A DNA stretch of 64,000 nucleotides from Lama guanicoe (Eukaryota): the NCBI GenBank assembly GCA_013239625.1, contig MU054001.1:4752167-4816166 (forward strand). The letters are read 5' to 3'. The notes below the pieces were generated by a model. That model saw only the letters and a program-made list of their open reading frames with translations, was not told the origin of the DNA and made no database searches. Shown in pieces: positions 1 through 13,019 of this stretch (position 1 is its first letter; each line of letters begins with the position of its first letter). Both the position numbers and the translations under genes were made by a program.

Positions 1-1624
1 TTGAATGCAAAGTTCTATCTTTCTGTGGTTGCATCTCCCATTGGGGGCTGAAGCTCTAGGGAAGGAGGGGGTCTTTGAGGGATAGAGTAAGGGAGATGGA
101 CCAGAGGAGGTGTTGAGGTGAGGGCGGGCCGGGTGGGTGGGGGCGGCCAATTGCCCAGCAGGAGAGAGACAGAGTGGGAGAGTCCTCCCCTGCTTTCCCT
201 GTGCTGTGCTCCACAGCCTGGAGGACCGCACAGCTCCCGCCCGGCTCCAGACCCTGAGCACCCCTGGCCTCACATGCAAGGCCAGAAGGGCCATCTTTGT
301 TCGAGGATATCTGGGTATACATTAGTGGGTGTTGGTGCTGGTGAAACTGTGTGTGTGCGGGTGTGTATGCCTGAGTGTGAGTGCGCATGTGTATACTTTT
401 GAGTCTACGTGTGTGTCCACGAGGGTTGGTGCACTCCCTTGTGCCATAATCTGCTTGTGCATCTGTGGGTGCATTTAGGAGTGATGGGTGTGGCTACTAG
501 AGTTCCAGTAAGAGAACTGAAAGCTTGAGTGTCATTGGGGATGCTGCCTGAACTTGTGGTCCGTGAGGACGTCTCCACTTCTCAGTTCCTCTGCCTCCTC
601 CCTTGAAGCCTGGAGCTCCCTTGATCCCCTGGAGCCTGTTTCCCCAGCAGGCAGGGCTCAGCCCTCTTCCTGTCATGGAGGGGTGGCCATATGGTGGGAG
701 GGCATTTGGGGATCCCCTCTCGTCCTGCCCAGGCTCCTCATGATTCATTTTCCAAGCGCAGTGAGCCCACTTCAGCCACCTGCCCCGATCAGGAACAGCA
801 CTTTGATCATGGACTGTCCTCCCCACTGGTCTGGTCCAGGCATGGCTCTGTTCTCCAGAGACCTCCACTCACGGCGAGGTGGGACACCATCTTCCTTGTC
901 AGGCAGGCTCCTCTCGGCTCCCGGGCGATGGAGCTTCCTGGGGTGTGCTTATTCTTGCACTTACTTGTTCATTCGTTCATTCAATCACTCACCATTCATT
1001 TAAGCATCAAGGGCCCTTACACTTGCCAGGCAGAGTGGATGGGGGCCACATGTGAGGGGGAACGAATGATTTTAACAGTAGAGACCTTGGGTTCAAGGTC
1101 GTGCCCCTCCACGAGCATAGACCAGGAGCTGAGCCAAGGCGGGCACTTTGGGACTGCACCCCTCCAAAGACTTCAGTCCCTGCTATCTCTTCTGGCCCGA
1201 AATCTACTCTGCCTGCTGTAAGGCCAGCTCCCCAGGTCTGTCCCCCTCAGACTCACCCATTCTTCCCAGAGTGTTTCCATGCAGAATGCCTGCCTCTGCG
1301 CCCAGTGCTGTGGCCGTGCCGAGGATACGCTGAACGCCAAAGGCCCTCTGGTCTTGTCAGCGTGGAGTCTGGAGCCTGAGCAGGGACGCTGCCCCAGAGC
1401 CGGAAGCTCCCCGCGCCCGCGGTTCCAGCTGCTTCTCCATTCATTGGTTCAACAGATATTCTCTTAGCCCCAGTAAGAACCATGACACAAGTTCGGTGAT
1501 TATCAGGTGCTCCCTCTGGGCCGGCCCTGTGCTGGTGGCGGGGATCTGGGATCCCTAGTCATCTTGGGTTCTCTTTGTCCCTTCTGCCCTAACAGAGGGC
1601 TTTGCACATATTATTTTGCAACTT

Positions 1625-1990
1625 TGCTCGTTTGTTCAACAAATGCTTCCTAAAGCACTTAGTCCTTGCTGGGACCTCACAAGTGGACAGAACTCACCCT
1701 GGCCCTCTGGGTCTCATGGTGCAGTGGGGATCAAACAAATCAATTGGCCACGACAAAGTCGTGTGCAGATCAACTAGATGCTTTCCGCATATGCTCAGGG
1801 CCTGGGGAGGCCCTGAACTCACTCTGGGGTGGAAAGAGAAGGCTTCTCAGAAGAGGTGACAACTGAACCGAGTCCTCAAGGATGGAGAGGGTATTCCAGG
1901 TGGAGAAAACGGCATAGACAAAGGCCTGGAGGTGAGACCAGACCCTTCAGGACAACTGCAGGTCCAGGTGGGGCCAAGCAGGGAGCTGGG
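1625..1990 (-). mobile_element. LINE L2 fragment (3' region)
   Basis: ttgttcaacaaatgcttcctaaagcactt L2-tail-like start and gaaggcttctcagaagaggtgacaactgaac, typical of L2 in antisense. Confidence 0.6.
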
Positions 1991-1994
1991 ACAA

Positions 1995-2013
1995 CTGGGC
2001 CCCCTGGTGGCTC
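1995..2013 (-). promoter_or_regulatory. Candidate CTCF binding site
   Basis: Minus strand reads GAGCCACCAGGGGGCCCAG, close to the CTCF core CCACCAGGGGGCGC. Confidence 0.45.
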
Positions 2014-2519
2014 GTCCGGGCTGCCTGGTTGAGGGTTGGGCTTCTGTGCTCAGCTGAGAAATCCAGTCTGGCCCTTTCTTCCAGAGGCCGAGGGAGGCTC
2101 CATCATCCCTGGAGCCAAAGTGGTCTTCAGAAAACTGGGATATTTTGAATTCCCATACCACCCTCCCATACGATCCCTCCCCCTCCAGAAAAACCCACAG
2201 CCACAAGCCTTCCCCTACACGGGCAGTCCCACCTCTGTCCACAGTGGGCTGGTTCCACAACCTCCCGGGCTTAGTGGTCAGACAGAGTGCCACTCTTTGG
2301 AACCAAGAAGGTTTGAAGCTTCATTTTTCTGCCCCTTCCCCATAAGGGCAGGTGGTAATAGCTCCCTGTGTGTGGAAGCCAGATGTAGGATCCCCTGGGG
2401 CCTTGTGTGACTAGGGCAGATGAGGAATTCATCAGTCACCCCTGAGTGCCAGAGTTTGTGGGAGCAGTATCCCCTGCTCGGCCACTTGGTTCTTAGGGGG
2501 GTAAGTAGATGAGAGAGTA

Positions 2520-2755
2520 GTTGGATGGGTGCAAAGAGAGATGGGTGGACGGATGGATGGGTGGATGGATAGGTGGGTGGGTGGATGGATGGATGGGTGG
2601 GTGGATGAGTGTGTGTGTGTGTGTGTGTGTGTGAGTGTGTGTATAGATGGATGGATGGGTAGACAGAGGGGGTAGGTAGATGGACAGAAGATGAATAGAC
2701 AGATGGATGAACAGATGGATGGATGTGTAGATGGGTGGAAGATGGGTAGATGGAC
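2520..2755. repeat. Compound microsatellite (TGGA)n/(GGGT)n with embedded (TG)n
   Basis: ggatggatgggtggatggat runs flank gtgtgtgt at ~2608-2642. Confidence 0.95.
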
Positions 2756-3076
2756 TTGAGCACACCCCACACAGAACAGCCTCCTCCCTCAGCTTCCTTT
2801 CCGTAGTTCTGCTCTGTGCCCTCACCTTGGGATGGGGCAGTCTCCTCAGATCCAGCAGAGGAGCAGCTCCCTTGGAATGGAGGCTGTTTCCCCCTTTTCC
2901 CTAGGCTGAATCAGAGGTGGATTCAGAGCTGAGTGGGAAGAGAATGGCCTGGAGAGACCTGGGCGGGAACCAGGGCTGATCTGGGAATTTTTGAGCCAGG
3001 ACCTTCAGGAACTTTTGCTTTCTGCTCTTTTCTGCGTCCTGACTGTCTAAGTCCTTTCTTTTTGGTTTCCAAACAG

Positions 3077-3161
3077 AAAAAGACGTACCAGTGCATCAAG
3101 TGCCAGATGACCTTCGAGAACGAGCGAGAGATCCAAATCCACGTTGCCAACCACATGATTG
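3077..3161 (+). CDS. ZNF423: ZNF423 internal coding exon (85 nt; the exon after the large zinc-finger exon) encoding one C2H2 zinc finger, about finger 27 of 30
   Basis: Pyrimidine tract then aaacag|AAAAAG acceptor (AG at 3075-3076) and ATTG|gtaaga donor (GT at 3162-3163). Translates in phase 0 as [28 protein letters not shown] plus 1 nt, a C-x2-C-x12-H-x3-H finger. It matches ZNF423 ([11 protein letters not shown]) rather than the paralog ZNF521 (VFYNEWDIQVH, from memory). Confidence 0.96.
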
Positions 3162-4039
3162 GTAAGAGGGTGTCTCCTCCCGCCCGCACTGCGGCCGCTC
3201 ATCAGGGTTGAAATTTGCGGTTCCAGTCATCCTTTCACTGGCTTTTAGGGTGAAGGATGGAGTCACTGCTGCTGTTTCAGAGACATTTCAGATGGGCTCA
3301 AAAATGTCAGAGCTGGAGCGCTTTCTCCATCCGAGCCTTCTTTTTGCGGCTTCACTCACGTTACAGTCAAACTTTTGACAATCTCTTTTGTTTCCCAGCA
3401 TAAATTTCCCTCCATTTCTGAAATGCTGTGCTTTCCAGTTGTCAAACACTCGGGCGATTATGCTTCAATTTCGGATGTCATGACATTGAATAGATTTAAC
3501 CACTCACATTTCCCCACTAAATGTGGGGAATTCCTCAGGCACATTGTCAAAACAGAATGCTCTACAAGGTTATTTCAGTGCTTTTCCTTTTCCTCTTCAA
3601 GTAGTTTTGGATGTTGGCAAATTCAACCTTTTCAGAAGGGAGCTTTCAAAGTTCCATCATGTTCCCACGTGGTCCAAGGGACGGAGGGAAGCTCTGAGGT
3701 CTCCCTTGCCATCTGTGGGTGGGTGTGGTCTCCCTGGTGGCTGCGGAGGCCCTCACTGTAAGAGAGGGCGCTGTGGATTTCTGGTAGCACCGGGCTGGCC
3801 CAGGGGAGGGGCTTTGGCAGCGAGGGCCTCGGGAGCTTCTGGAATGGTAGTGCCCTGGGTCTTCGGTGGAAGCATGGTCACCGTCTCCAAGGCCCTGCAG
3901 TCTGGACAGTGTGGTGTCAGTCCTGATTTGAGCACCCTGACCGTTACTTCCTCCCCACTTTTCCACCTCTAACATCTTTCATCGTAGTCTTAACAACAGC
4001 CATGCCAACAGAGTACTGTTTTACAAAATCCTGGATTGC

Positions 4040-4660
4040 ATCCATTTAAAAAGGTCCATTTAAGTGTACAGCTCAGTGGAGCCTTGTGCACTGAGCACAC
4101 TTATATCACCAGTGCCCAGGTGAAGAAACAGACTATTCCTGCATCCCAAAAGCCCCCCTCTCAGCCCCCTCCAGACCCTCCCCCGACCAACAGAAAGGCC
4201 TCATTATCCTGATGTCTAACAGCATAGGTTATTTTTGGTTGTTTTATATTTTATATAAATGAGATCACATAGGATCTGCTCACTAGTGTCTGATGTTTTT
4301 CGTGTTCACATTAGTGCTTGTAATTGGACATCGCCCCCTTCTCACTGGTGTGTAATATTCCATCTTGTGAGCCTATCACCATTTATCTCTTCTTGATACA
4401 CATCGTGAAGGGCATCTGAGTAGTTCCCATTTAGGAATTGTTTCAAATAGTGTGCTGCTGTGAGCATTCTTTCATGCAGCTTTGGCGAGCACACGCAGGT
4501 GGTTTTCATAGGGATAGCTCTCGGACTGATAGTGGTGGGTCGTAGGCTATGAGTAGGTTCGCCTTCAGTAGATACAGACAAATAAACTTCCAAAGCAGTT
4601 GTAGGGAACTTTGCTCCCCACTCAGCCTGTGAGAGCTGTTCCACGTCTGTGCCGTCCTCC
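4040..4660 (-). mobile_element. Ancient L1 (L1M/L1ME-type) 3' end fragment
   Basis: tttaagtgtacagctcagtg…tattatcctgatgtctaacagcatag…tgtgtaatattccatc…gctgctgtgagcattctt…ttccaaagcagttgt, the standard antisense L1M 3'UTR motifs. Confidence 0.8.
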
Positions 4661-7641
4661 ACAGGCATGTTGTAAGAGCCATTGCAAAGGCTCTTTAGTG
4701 AAGCTATGCTCAGAGTGAGTGTGGTCCCCTGGTCCCTGCCCAGCGGCAGCGTAGCCATCTCAGTGAGCTTGGTGCCCAGCCTCCCAGTGACTCGGAGCAG
4801 GTCCCCGGAAGGCGCTGACCCCGACTGGATGCCCGGTGCCGAGGGGCCAGAGGATGGGCGGGTAGGGCCCTGGGAGTGCCACCTGACAGGGAGATTGGTG
4901 ACTTTTTAATTTCTTCTGTTTGAAAGTCCCCTGCTGAAGTAGAAGAAGGAAGCTACCCTGTCAGTCACTGGCTGCTGCGAGCGCTTTCACGAGAGTGTCA
5001 GGGAGGTGAAATGAAGATGTCTAAAAATGTTTGCTTTTGTAGCAGGTGTTAATGTGTGCTCCTGTTTGTAAGCACGGAGGGCGAGAGGCTGGCTAATTGG
5101 ACCACAGTGATTTCAAAGGTGTTTCTCCCCTCCTCCCTCCTCTCTTTCACCTTTCCTTTTGTGCAGAGCCTGGGAGCTGTGTGTCCTCAGGTGGAAGGCG
5201 AGGGGTTGCTCTTAACTAGAGTGGTGGGGAATGAGAAAGGAGGGTTTGATTGGCACTTGGGCCTTTGTGTGAATGGAGGACGAAGTCCTGGCTGGTGGTG
5301 GCTGGACAGGGCCCCTTGCCCAAGCCTGCTCTGCAGTGCTGTGAGCTGGCCTGGCTCTCAGGATGCGTGGGGAGTAGGGGCCTGAGGAGCAGGCAGCAAG
5401 GAGCTGTTGGTCTTAGAACCTGAGTGTCCAGGCAAGACGTTCATGCAGTTGCAGAAAGTCTTACATGCGGGCCCTTGGTGCATGTCCACGAGGCATGGGC
5501 TAGGGACTTGCTGGAGCCACATCTCGGGTGGCAGGGTGGTACCTCCTCTCACTCTCCCCTGTCCTCTCTACCTGCCCTCCCTTCCCTGGCCTCATCACCT
5601 CCAGCCATCAAAGAACATCAAACACTTGCTGTATGTAGAGAGCTGGAGTAGTCTCTGTGGGTGATGGAGAGTGAAGGGGACAAGGTCCCTGCCCTCAGAG
5701 ACTTCACAGCATCCCAAGAAGCCACCACGGTCCACACCATGTGCAATGGAGGGAGGTCCCATTGGGTAAGGATGCTGACAGCTGCCATACACTGAGCCCC
5801 ACCACAAGCCAGGAATTTTATTCCATCTCATAGAGGAAGCTGAATGATTTACTGAAGTTCTTCTGGTCAGAAAGTAACAGAACCGGGATTGAATAAAAGC
5901 CAGGCTCTCTCCACTGTGCATGGCTCCCCTGTTATGGCTTGTGGTAGGAGAGATCCAGCCCTACCCTCAGGGGTTCCCTTCCCTGATGGGCATCCAGATA
6001 AGCACTGTACTGTCAGTTGGTGCTACTGGAACAGGGACTGCTGGATTCAAATAGGTGCATTGGGAAGGCCTGGGTATTGAAGAATGAAGAGGAGTTTTCT
6101 CTATGGGTCAGGGCCATCTGTGGCAGAGGGAGTAGCCTTGGCAAGGAAGGACAGTCACTAGAGAACAGGGCCCTCGGAGGACTCAGCATAAGGAGGAGGG
6201 GGGTCCTTGAAGGATGGGTTGTTAGGCTGAGAAGTTGGGGAGCAACTTCTGTGGGAGGACTGTGGGTGAGCAGAGCTCAGAGGCAGGAGCAGAGGAGGTG
6301 AAGTTGGGCCACCGGAGGAGCCTGACCTGGCCAGGATGGAGTTATCGCATATGTGGCATTGTGGGCAGTGAGGGTGGGGAGTTGGCTTGGGGCTGGACTG
6401 TGGAGGGCCTTGAAGACCCTGTAGGCTGGGTCCAAAGCTAGAGACCCCTTGGTGAATGTTTTATTTGGTTTCTCTTGAAAAACCAGAAGAGACGGCCTCC
6501 AGAGCCCTCATTCCCACATGGCCCAGTTGATAGGAGCTGGGCAGCAGCTGGGATGGTGTGTTCCCAGGCCCCACTGGCCCCACCAGTCCCTGTTGTGTTT
6601 GAAGGGGATGCTTTGCTCATTCGTGCCCTCCACCTGGCACCTGCAGTGACCTGAGTGTGCAACCTTGGACTGAGGTGCTAGGGAGCCATCGAAGGTTTTG
6701 GAGCAGAGAATGGCCTGGATGTGGCTGAGTGTTTTAGGGAGACTGATCTGGCTGCAGAGTTGTGGGGGAGAAGATGGGATGATAACAGAGTCCTGTCTGG
6801 TCTGGTCCAGGGGTGAGGGAATGAGGCAAGGGGACAAGGGAGGAGGGAGGTGTAGAACTTATATTTGGTCTGTGCTGTCTGCCTCCTGGCCCTGGTGGCT
6901 TGGGGAAGGTGGCAGGGGTGGGGGGTGGTGATGGTGGGAGGTGTGAATGGAAGAGAGGTGGGCACAGGGGCCCTGGTTAGGAGCTGGCACTGCAGCCCCA
7001 GTAGAAACTGTTGGGGCCAGTGTCCCTGTGGACAGCTTCCCCTGCTAAATGGCCCGAGCCAGAGTGGCTGCCTGGAGCTGGCGGGGGTAAAAGCCCCCCT
7101 TAGTGGCACCAAGGGGACTCGGCGGGTAGACATGGCGCTGTTCGTTCAGCTTGGCGGCCTTCTCATAAACTCAGGGCACTGGGGGTCTGAGGCAGGCACC
7201 CCCAGGGACCCGGACTGCAGGAGACCTCCCCCAGGGGACTCTAAACTGGCCTTTTTATAGCGGGGGGCCTCTGCGTGGCTTTGCAGCCTCCAGACCCTGG
7301 GAGTTATGATGACTCAGGGACACGTCTCCTTGGAAACATTTTCCCAGCACCCCTCTCCTGGCTGCTGCCGGCGAGGGAGTGATTTGGAGCTGATAGAAAG
7401 GCAAGGGGTCTTTTGAAACCTTTCAGCAGCGGGGTCTCCTTTGAAATCCCCCTCCCCACAGAGAATGAGGCCCCCTTCTCTGGGCTTCCCTCAGCTTTTG
7501 AAATGGTTTCAGACACCCTCTCCCCTAGCAGGCACATCAAAAACTTGGAGCAGCCCAGGGCTCTGTTCTGCCACCTCCTGCCAGGATGACCTGGCTCTGC
7601 CCAGCTGCCCCTTCCCCACCTCCCCCCTGCTCCCCTCCCCC

Positions 7642-7659
7642 NNNNNNNNNNNNNNNNNN
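7642..7659. other. Assembly gap (18 N) within a C-rich tract
   Basis: Run of n flanked by cccctccccc and caaccacccaccatcccc. Confidence 0.99.
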
Positions 7660-9399
7660 CAACCACCCACCATCCCCATCCCCATCCCCACCCCATACTC
7701 TGGGGGGATGGGCCTCCTGGAAAATGGCTCTGCAGGAGGCCCCTGCCTTGGGATCTCTTGGGCTTGCTGAGGAAGGCTTGTGGGGGGCCCTGCCTCTGGG
7801 CCAGGCCCCCCCACCCCCAGTGCCTGGGGAAGGAGGAGTGTCTCCCCATGTGTGTTGAACATGTATGTACAAGGCATGAACAGCCCCCAGGGCACTCAGA
7901 CCCTCAGATGCTGGGGAAGCTGGCTTGCAGGGGGAGGCCTGCCCTCTCCTCTTCTGCTGTGGACATCTCTCCTCTCGGCTCCTGTCAGGCCGATGGCTGG
8001 ACAAGAGGTCTGAGAACTTGTCCTTGAAATAACGAACTTGCTGTGACCCAGGCTGGCCCCAAGGGAGTGACTCAGCCTTTGGGCCCTGGTGTCCTTACTT
8101 AGGGCTCTATGGGCCCCTGGGAAGAGTCCCGAGGAGGGGCAGGGCTGGGAAGGGACAGTCCTTGGGGAAAGTTGTCAGGGACGTTTGCCCTCCGTGTCCT
8201 TGGAAAGTGGCTGTGGACCCTCTGGCAGGCAGCCAGGCCAGAGCCAGGCCTGTCCCGGTGGGGCATTACTCATTCCGAAGACGTTATTTTCTTGGTCACG
8301 TCAGCCCCTTTCCCTGGGTGCCTCTTAAGGCCTGAGCTTTGCTGTTGGCGGTGAAAATATGGGGGGCATTTGGAAGGTCAGCCTCTCCCACCTCCTGCTC
8401 AGGCCTTTAAAATGCCCCCATGCTGTGTGGGTGGTCCTGGTCTGTCCTCCCCAGCACTGTGGCAGGATGGGCCCTGGTCCACCCGGAGGGGAAGGGTCTG
8501 CTCAGGGTGTGTGTGTATATGAGGGAGAGAGGTTTTCTGCCTTCTGAGGCTTTAAGAAGCACACCCCAGGAGACATATTGGAAGCCCCCTTGCAGACGGG
8601 GTACCCTTCTTTCTTCAGCTGTTCCCACACCCAGGGCCCTTGCTGAAGACCTAGCCTGCAGTGTTTTGGGAGGGGAAGGAAGGTCTGGTGTGGAAATCAG
8701 TGCCTCACCTCCACACCAGGGAAATACAAAAGCCCTCAAATATAACTGAAGAGGAAAACATGTGAAAAGGAAGAGAAAAAGGGAAGAAAAGGTTCCTGTT
8801 GACTTTCTGTTGGCAACGCACGTTGCTGAGCGCGGCTGTGCTAGGCTCTTTGTGGTGCTTTTGATTCGGGTAACACCAGACCCAAAACATCTGCCTAACC
8901 TTAATATGTGATAAAACCGTCTCCCTCTCCCCCCAGAGATCACGTTTCAAGTTCTGGGACTGTTCTGTCAGAATAACAAGCTTGTACAGAGAGCCTATCA
9001 TCCAATTCTTGCTTTCCTTCTTTCTTCTTTTAAAAAAATTCCCCAAGTAGGCCATGGCCACTTCCCTCCTCGCAGTCCCCGTGCACGAGAGGACTCAGTT
9101 GCCCTGACTTTGAAGCTCGTTAGTTGGTTTAAGAAAGCTGGTGATCAAGTACCTTGGTTTATGAAGAATCCATCTGTTCTGGATTTTGAAAGAGTGGAAA
9201 ATTTTCTCGTTTTCATAGATTTCGTCCTTTTTTTTTTTAAAGGGGCCACTGTAGGTGGGATTTTCTCTAACAGTAATCTCAGTTCAGTAAACATGGTCAA
9301 GATCCTCAGTGAGGAACTTCCAGCTGAGTTCAGGCAGTGGTAACCTCACAGGACAAGTTAATATCGCGTCACAGAGTCTAAGACACGGAAGCTCAAAGG

Positions 9400-9850
9400 A
9401 CAGACATGCTGCCCAATTTGGGCATTCCAGGAAACCTTCCAGGAGGAAGTGACACCTCATCAGGCTCTTGGAAGGTGGAAAATAAGGTGTGGGGGGCCTT
9501 CTAGGCAGAGAAAGTAGCATAAGCCAGTTCATAGAGAAGAGGCCCGTGTAGTTTGTGGGGGAAATTGTAAATTATCCAGTATCGCTACAGAATAAATCGT
9601 GAGGCAGGAGGTGGCTGGGTGGTGAGGCAGGAGGTGGCTGGGTGAGAGAAAAGACTGTGGTGGAACAGGCGAGAGAAGATGAGGATGTTGGTTAGGAGGG
9701 TCTGGGTTGGAGAAATACTTAAGAGGCAAAACCAGCAGGATTTGGCAACTGAATGGAAATGGGAAGGGGAGAAGTTAGGAAAGACTCCAAAGTCTCATGT
9801 GACCAGATTTTGAGTGACAGGTAGAAGATGGTACCAAACTGCTGGGGTTA
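9400..9850 (-). mobile_element. LINE L2 fragment containing a 23-bp tandem duplication (9599-9644)
   Basis: ccttccaggaggaagtgacacct…caggatttggcaactgaatgga…gactccaaagtctc. The unit gtgaggcaggaggtggctgggtg occurs twice. Confidence 0.6.
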
Positions 9851-9869
9851 TTAGAATGATGATTCTAGT

Positions 9870-10070
9870 AACAACATCTGATGTGGCTTCCTGAGTACCA
9901 GGCCCTGCTAGCAAGATCTACACGTGTCATTGCACCCCATGTACAAAAGGGGGCACTCTTATTCTCCCCCTTTTATACATGGGGAATCCAGGGGACATGT
10001 GCAATGTCAGTAAGTTGCAGAGGGGGGTTTGAACTCAGGCAGTGTGATTTCAGAGCCTGGAATCCTCTTT
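9870..10070 (-). mobile_element. MIR SINE
   Basis: taccaggccctgctagc…ttctcccccttttatacatgggga…tttgaactcaggcagtgtgatttcagagcc, the antisense MIR core. Confidence 0.7.
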
Positions 10071-11464
10071 ACTCCTCCTCCTCCATCACACTTTGTTTGT
10101 TAATTTGGCCTCTGAGGGTTGGTGTCTGACCGGCTGTTGGCCACATGGGCGGGGAGCTCAGGAGGAAGGCCCCAGGCTGGAGAAGGGTTTAGAGGCATCG
10201 GCACAGACAGGAAGGCAGCTGGGAGAAGTGAAGGGCGTGAGGAAGGTGGTGTCAACCATGCTGAGAGAGCAAGGTGCTTCTGGGCAGCAATGTGAGGGGC
10301 TGCAGAGAGGCCCGTGGAGGCAGGCTGAAGAGGGGGCTGCTGGACTGTCCTAAGCATGAGCAGGATCAGTAGAATTGGACTCAGGAACACGTTGAGAGGA
10401 GCCAGGGAGACCAGCAGTGTAGACTTGCCTTTCCAGGTTCCAGGCTGGGAAGGGAGGGCGGTGGACAGGAGCAGAGGCGTCCAAGGGTCAGAGGAAGCTT
10501 TTGCGTTTTGAAGAGGGAAAGACCAGAGTTACATTTCTAGGCTAAGAGGAGGGAGCCAGACGGGAGTCGAGGAAGGATGGAGAGTTGATAGCATTGGAGC
10601 CAGTCCTGTAGTGGCAGAGCCTGGGGCCCTGGCACCCTCTTGCGTGGGCCAGCCCGCAGCCCAGCCCTCTCTTGTTCTCCATTGCCGTGGGCTTGGAGGC
10701 CCATGTTGTTGTGTTGACTTTGTTGAATGCCCTTTATGGTCATTTGGCTGCTTGGGAGCAGCTGACACATGAGCAATTTCCCTCGTGTCTGCTTCTGGCC
10801 AAGCCTCACTGGAGTGACGGCAGAAAACAAGGGCCCTGCAACCCCAGGGCTTGGCCTGCTCTGCCCTGAGTTCCCAGTAGGTGCCAGAGCCTCACATTGG
10901 GCTCTGGATGCTTGGCCAGGGCTCTCTTCCTTGTGGGTCCCTGGTGTCCAGCAGGGAAAAAGTGAGGGGGCCTCCTCTTCCAACCGCAGACACCTCCCTT
11001 GAAGGCGTCGGGGTGTCCCTCACTGGCTGACCAGTCTCACAGGTGCCCCACCTGGTGTGGTTTCCAGCTCATCTGCCTGGGGAAACCAAAGTACAGAGAA
11101 GGGAAGTGACTCCCCAAAGACACACTGTGAGTCGTAGTGAGAATCTGAGGTCACTGATGGGAGCATTTTCTAAATAGAGACTCCTTTAGGAAGTTATGAT
11201 TTCAGTTTATCCAGAAGATCTTTATGAAGTACCAATAGTTTGCTCAATCTGCTGTAGATGTGAATATTAATGAGAAATAGAGAATGCATATGCCGGCCCG
11301 TGTGAGGACACATACGCACATACACACAGAATGTACAACTCTACAGTGAATCAGGGTAGTTAGGAGCAGTCCCAGCTCGTGGATAACTAAGGTATTTCAC
11401 CTTTGTATGCTTCAGCTCTGCGTCTATTAAATGTCCCTATCTTAACATAACTATACTAACATAG

Positions 11465-12000
11465 CAGTTTAGGCAGGTGTCTTTCTGTGACAAGTCAGGA
11501 GATCCAACTCACACTGACTAAAGCATTAAAAAGAATTATTGGCTCCTGTAAATGATACCTTGGATAACAGGCTTCAGGCATGGCTGGATCTAGGGGTTCT
11601 CATCACCAATCTGTCTCTTTCCTACCTCTGAGCTCTGCTTCCTCTTTGTTGCCGTCATTCCCAGGAGGGCTCTCCTGGTGCCAGTGACAGCCATACTCTC
11701 CCTACCCAGCAGTCCCAGCAGAGAGGGGCACGTGCTGCTTCATCAGTAGAAAAAGTTTCAGGACCAAGGCCTACTGCCTATAAAGTGTCCTAAAGCTGCC
11801 CGGGAGGCAGTCATTGTGGCCAGGGGGTTGGAGTGGGTTGATTGGTTGGACTGGCACCACCTGCCCTCCCTGGACGCTGGGGTGGGCCAGGGTCAACCCC
11901 TCGTCCCCCACGATGGGAAAAGGGAGGGTATTCTTGAAAAGAGAGAGGCTTTCTATTTCCACAAGGAGGGGGCAGCACAAACAGTAGAGGGACACCACCC
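11465..12000. mobile_element. MaLR solo LTR (MLT1J/K/L-like)
   Basis: caactcacactgactaaagc…ggcttcaggcatggctggatctagggg…ctctgagctctgcttcctc…gattggttggactggcacc, typical MLT1 motifs. Confidence 0.65.
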
Positions 12001-12705
12001 CTACCATTTGGGAGCTGTTTAGAGGATTAAATGAGTTAAAATATATGAAAAGTGCCTACCTAGCATTTGTAAGTTCTGAGTAAATGGTAGCTATTAACAT
12101 TAATATTATTATTATTAGTCCCTGTTGTAGGGACTAATTAAAGGTAATGATGATGATAATGGAGCCCTTGTTTAGAGAGGACAAACTGAGCCCCTCTGTG
12201 ACCATGCTGAGCCTACAATCGCAGGTGCCAGCCCTTGGCAGCTCAGAGGATGAACACTTGAGCCCGCTGGTCTGCATGCCCTTCCCTAGCACACGGGGTC
12301 ACATGATCATGAGAGCAACCCAGGTGCTGAGGGAGCTACCCGGGGTTAATTGGGAGCTGCTCCTAGTGCCTAGAGGGTCCCCTTGAAGGGCTGTCACGCT
12401 CCCTCCAGCCCAGATCAGCACCAGAGACTCAAGCATTCACTCTTTTGCCTTTTCTCTGGATTCTGTGTGGACCACCCACAGAGGGTAGTTTCGCCAGCAG
12501 AGCTCCATAAACCCAGCAGCTTGTGGACCTCCCACGCTAACGTCTGCCTTCCTCCTCTCCTAAGTATGCCCAGCCTGGATGTTTTTGTGGTCCCGCAGCA
12601 TCCCTTTGCCTGCTCTCTGGCCTCTCTCCTTAAGTCTTTCTTACTTCTACCCGGGTCTACCCTGCCTCTCCAGTCTCCAAGTGCCTGTGTCCTATTCTTC
12701 CCTCC

Positions 12706-12898
12706 TAGGGTTTTCAGATTTAGCAAACAAAAATACAAGATGGCTAGTTAAATCTGAATTCCAAATGAACAACAAGTAATTTTTTAGGTGAAATGTGTCA
12801 CCAATATTGCATGGGACATACTAATACTAAAAAGTTTTTTGTTGTTTATCTGAAACTTAAATTTAACCAGCCATCCTGTGTTTTACCTGGCAACCCTA
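12706..12898. mobile_element. MER53 non-autonomous hAT DNA transposon (MITE), apparently full length
   Basis: Begins tagggttttcagatttagcaaacaaaaataca and ends tgtgttttacctggcaacccta. It is 193 bp with long imperfect terminal inverted repeats. Confidence 0.85.
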
Positions 12899-13019
12899 TC
12901 TATCCCCTCTCCCCACAATCCTTTAAGCCTCAAGGGAAGAACAGTGGTGCTCCCACCCCCGCCCCTTCCTTTGAAGCTCGTTATGGTCCTTTTTCCATCC
13001 TTATAAAAGTTTTAACTTA

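Noticed and set aside
2933..3211. 92-aa ORF as a stand-alone gene
   Set aside because: Only 3077-3161 is coding; it is bounded by canonical splice sites and the flanks are intronic read-through.
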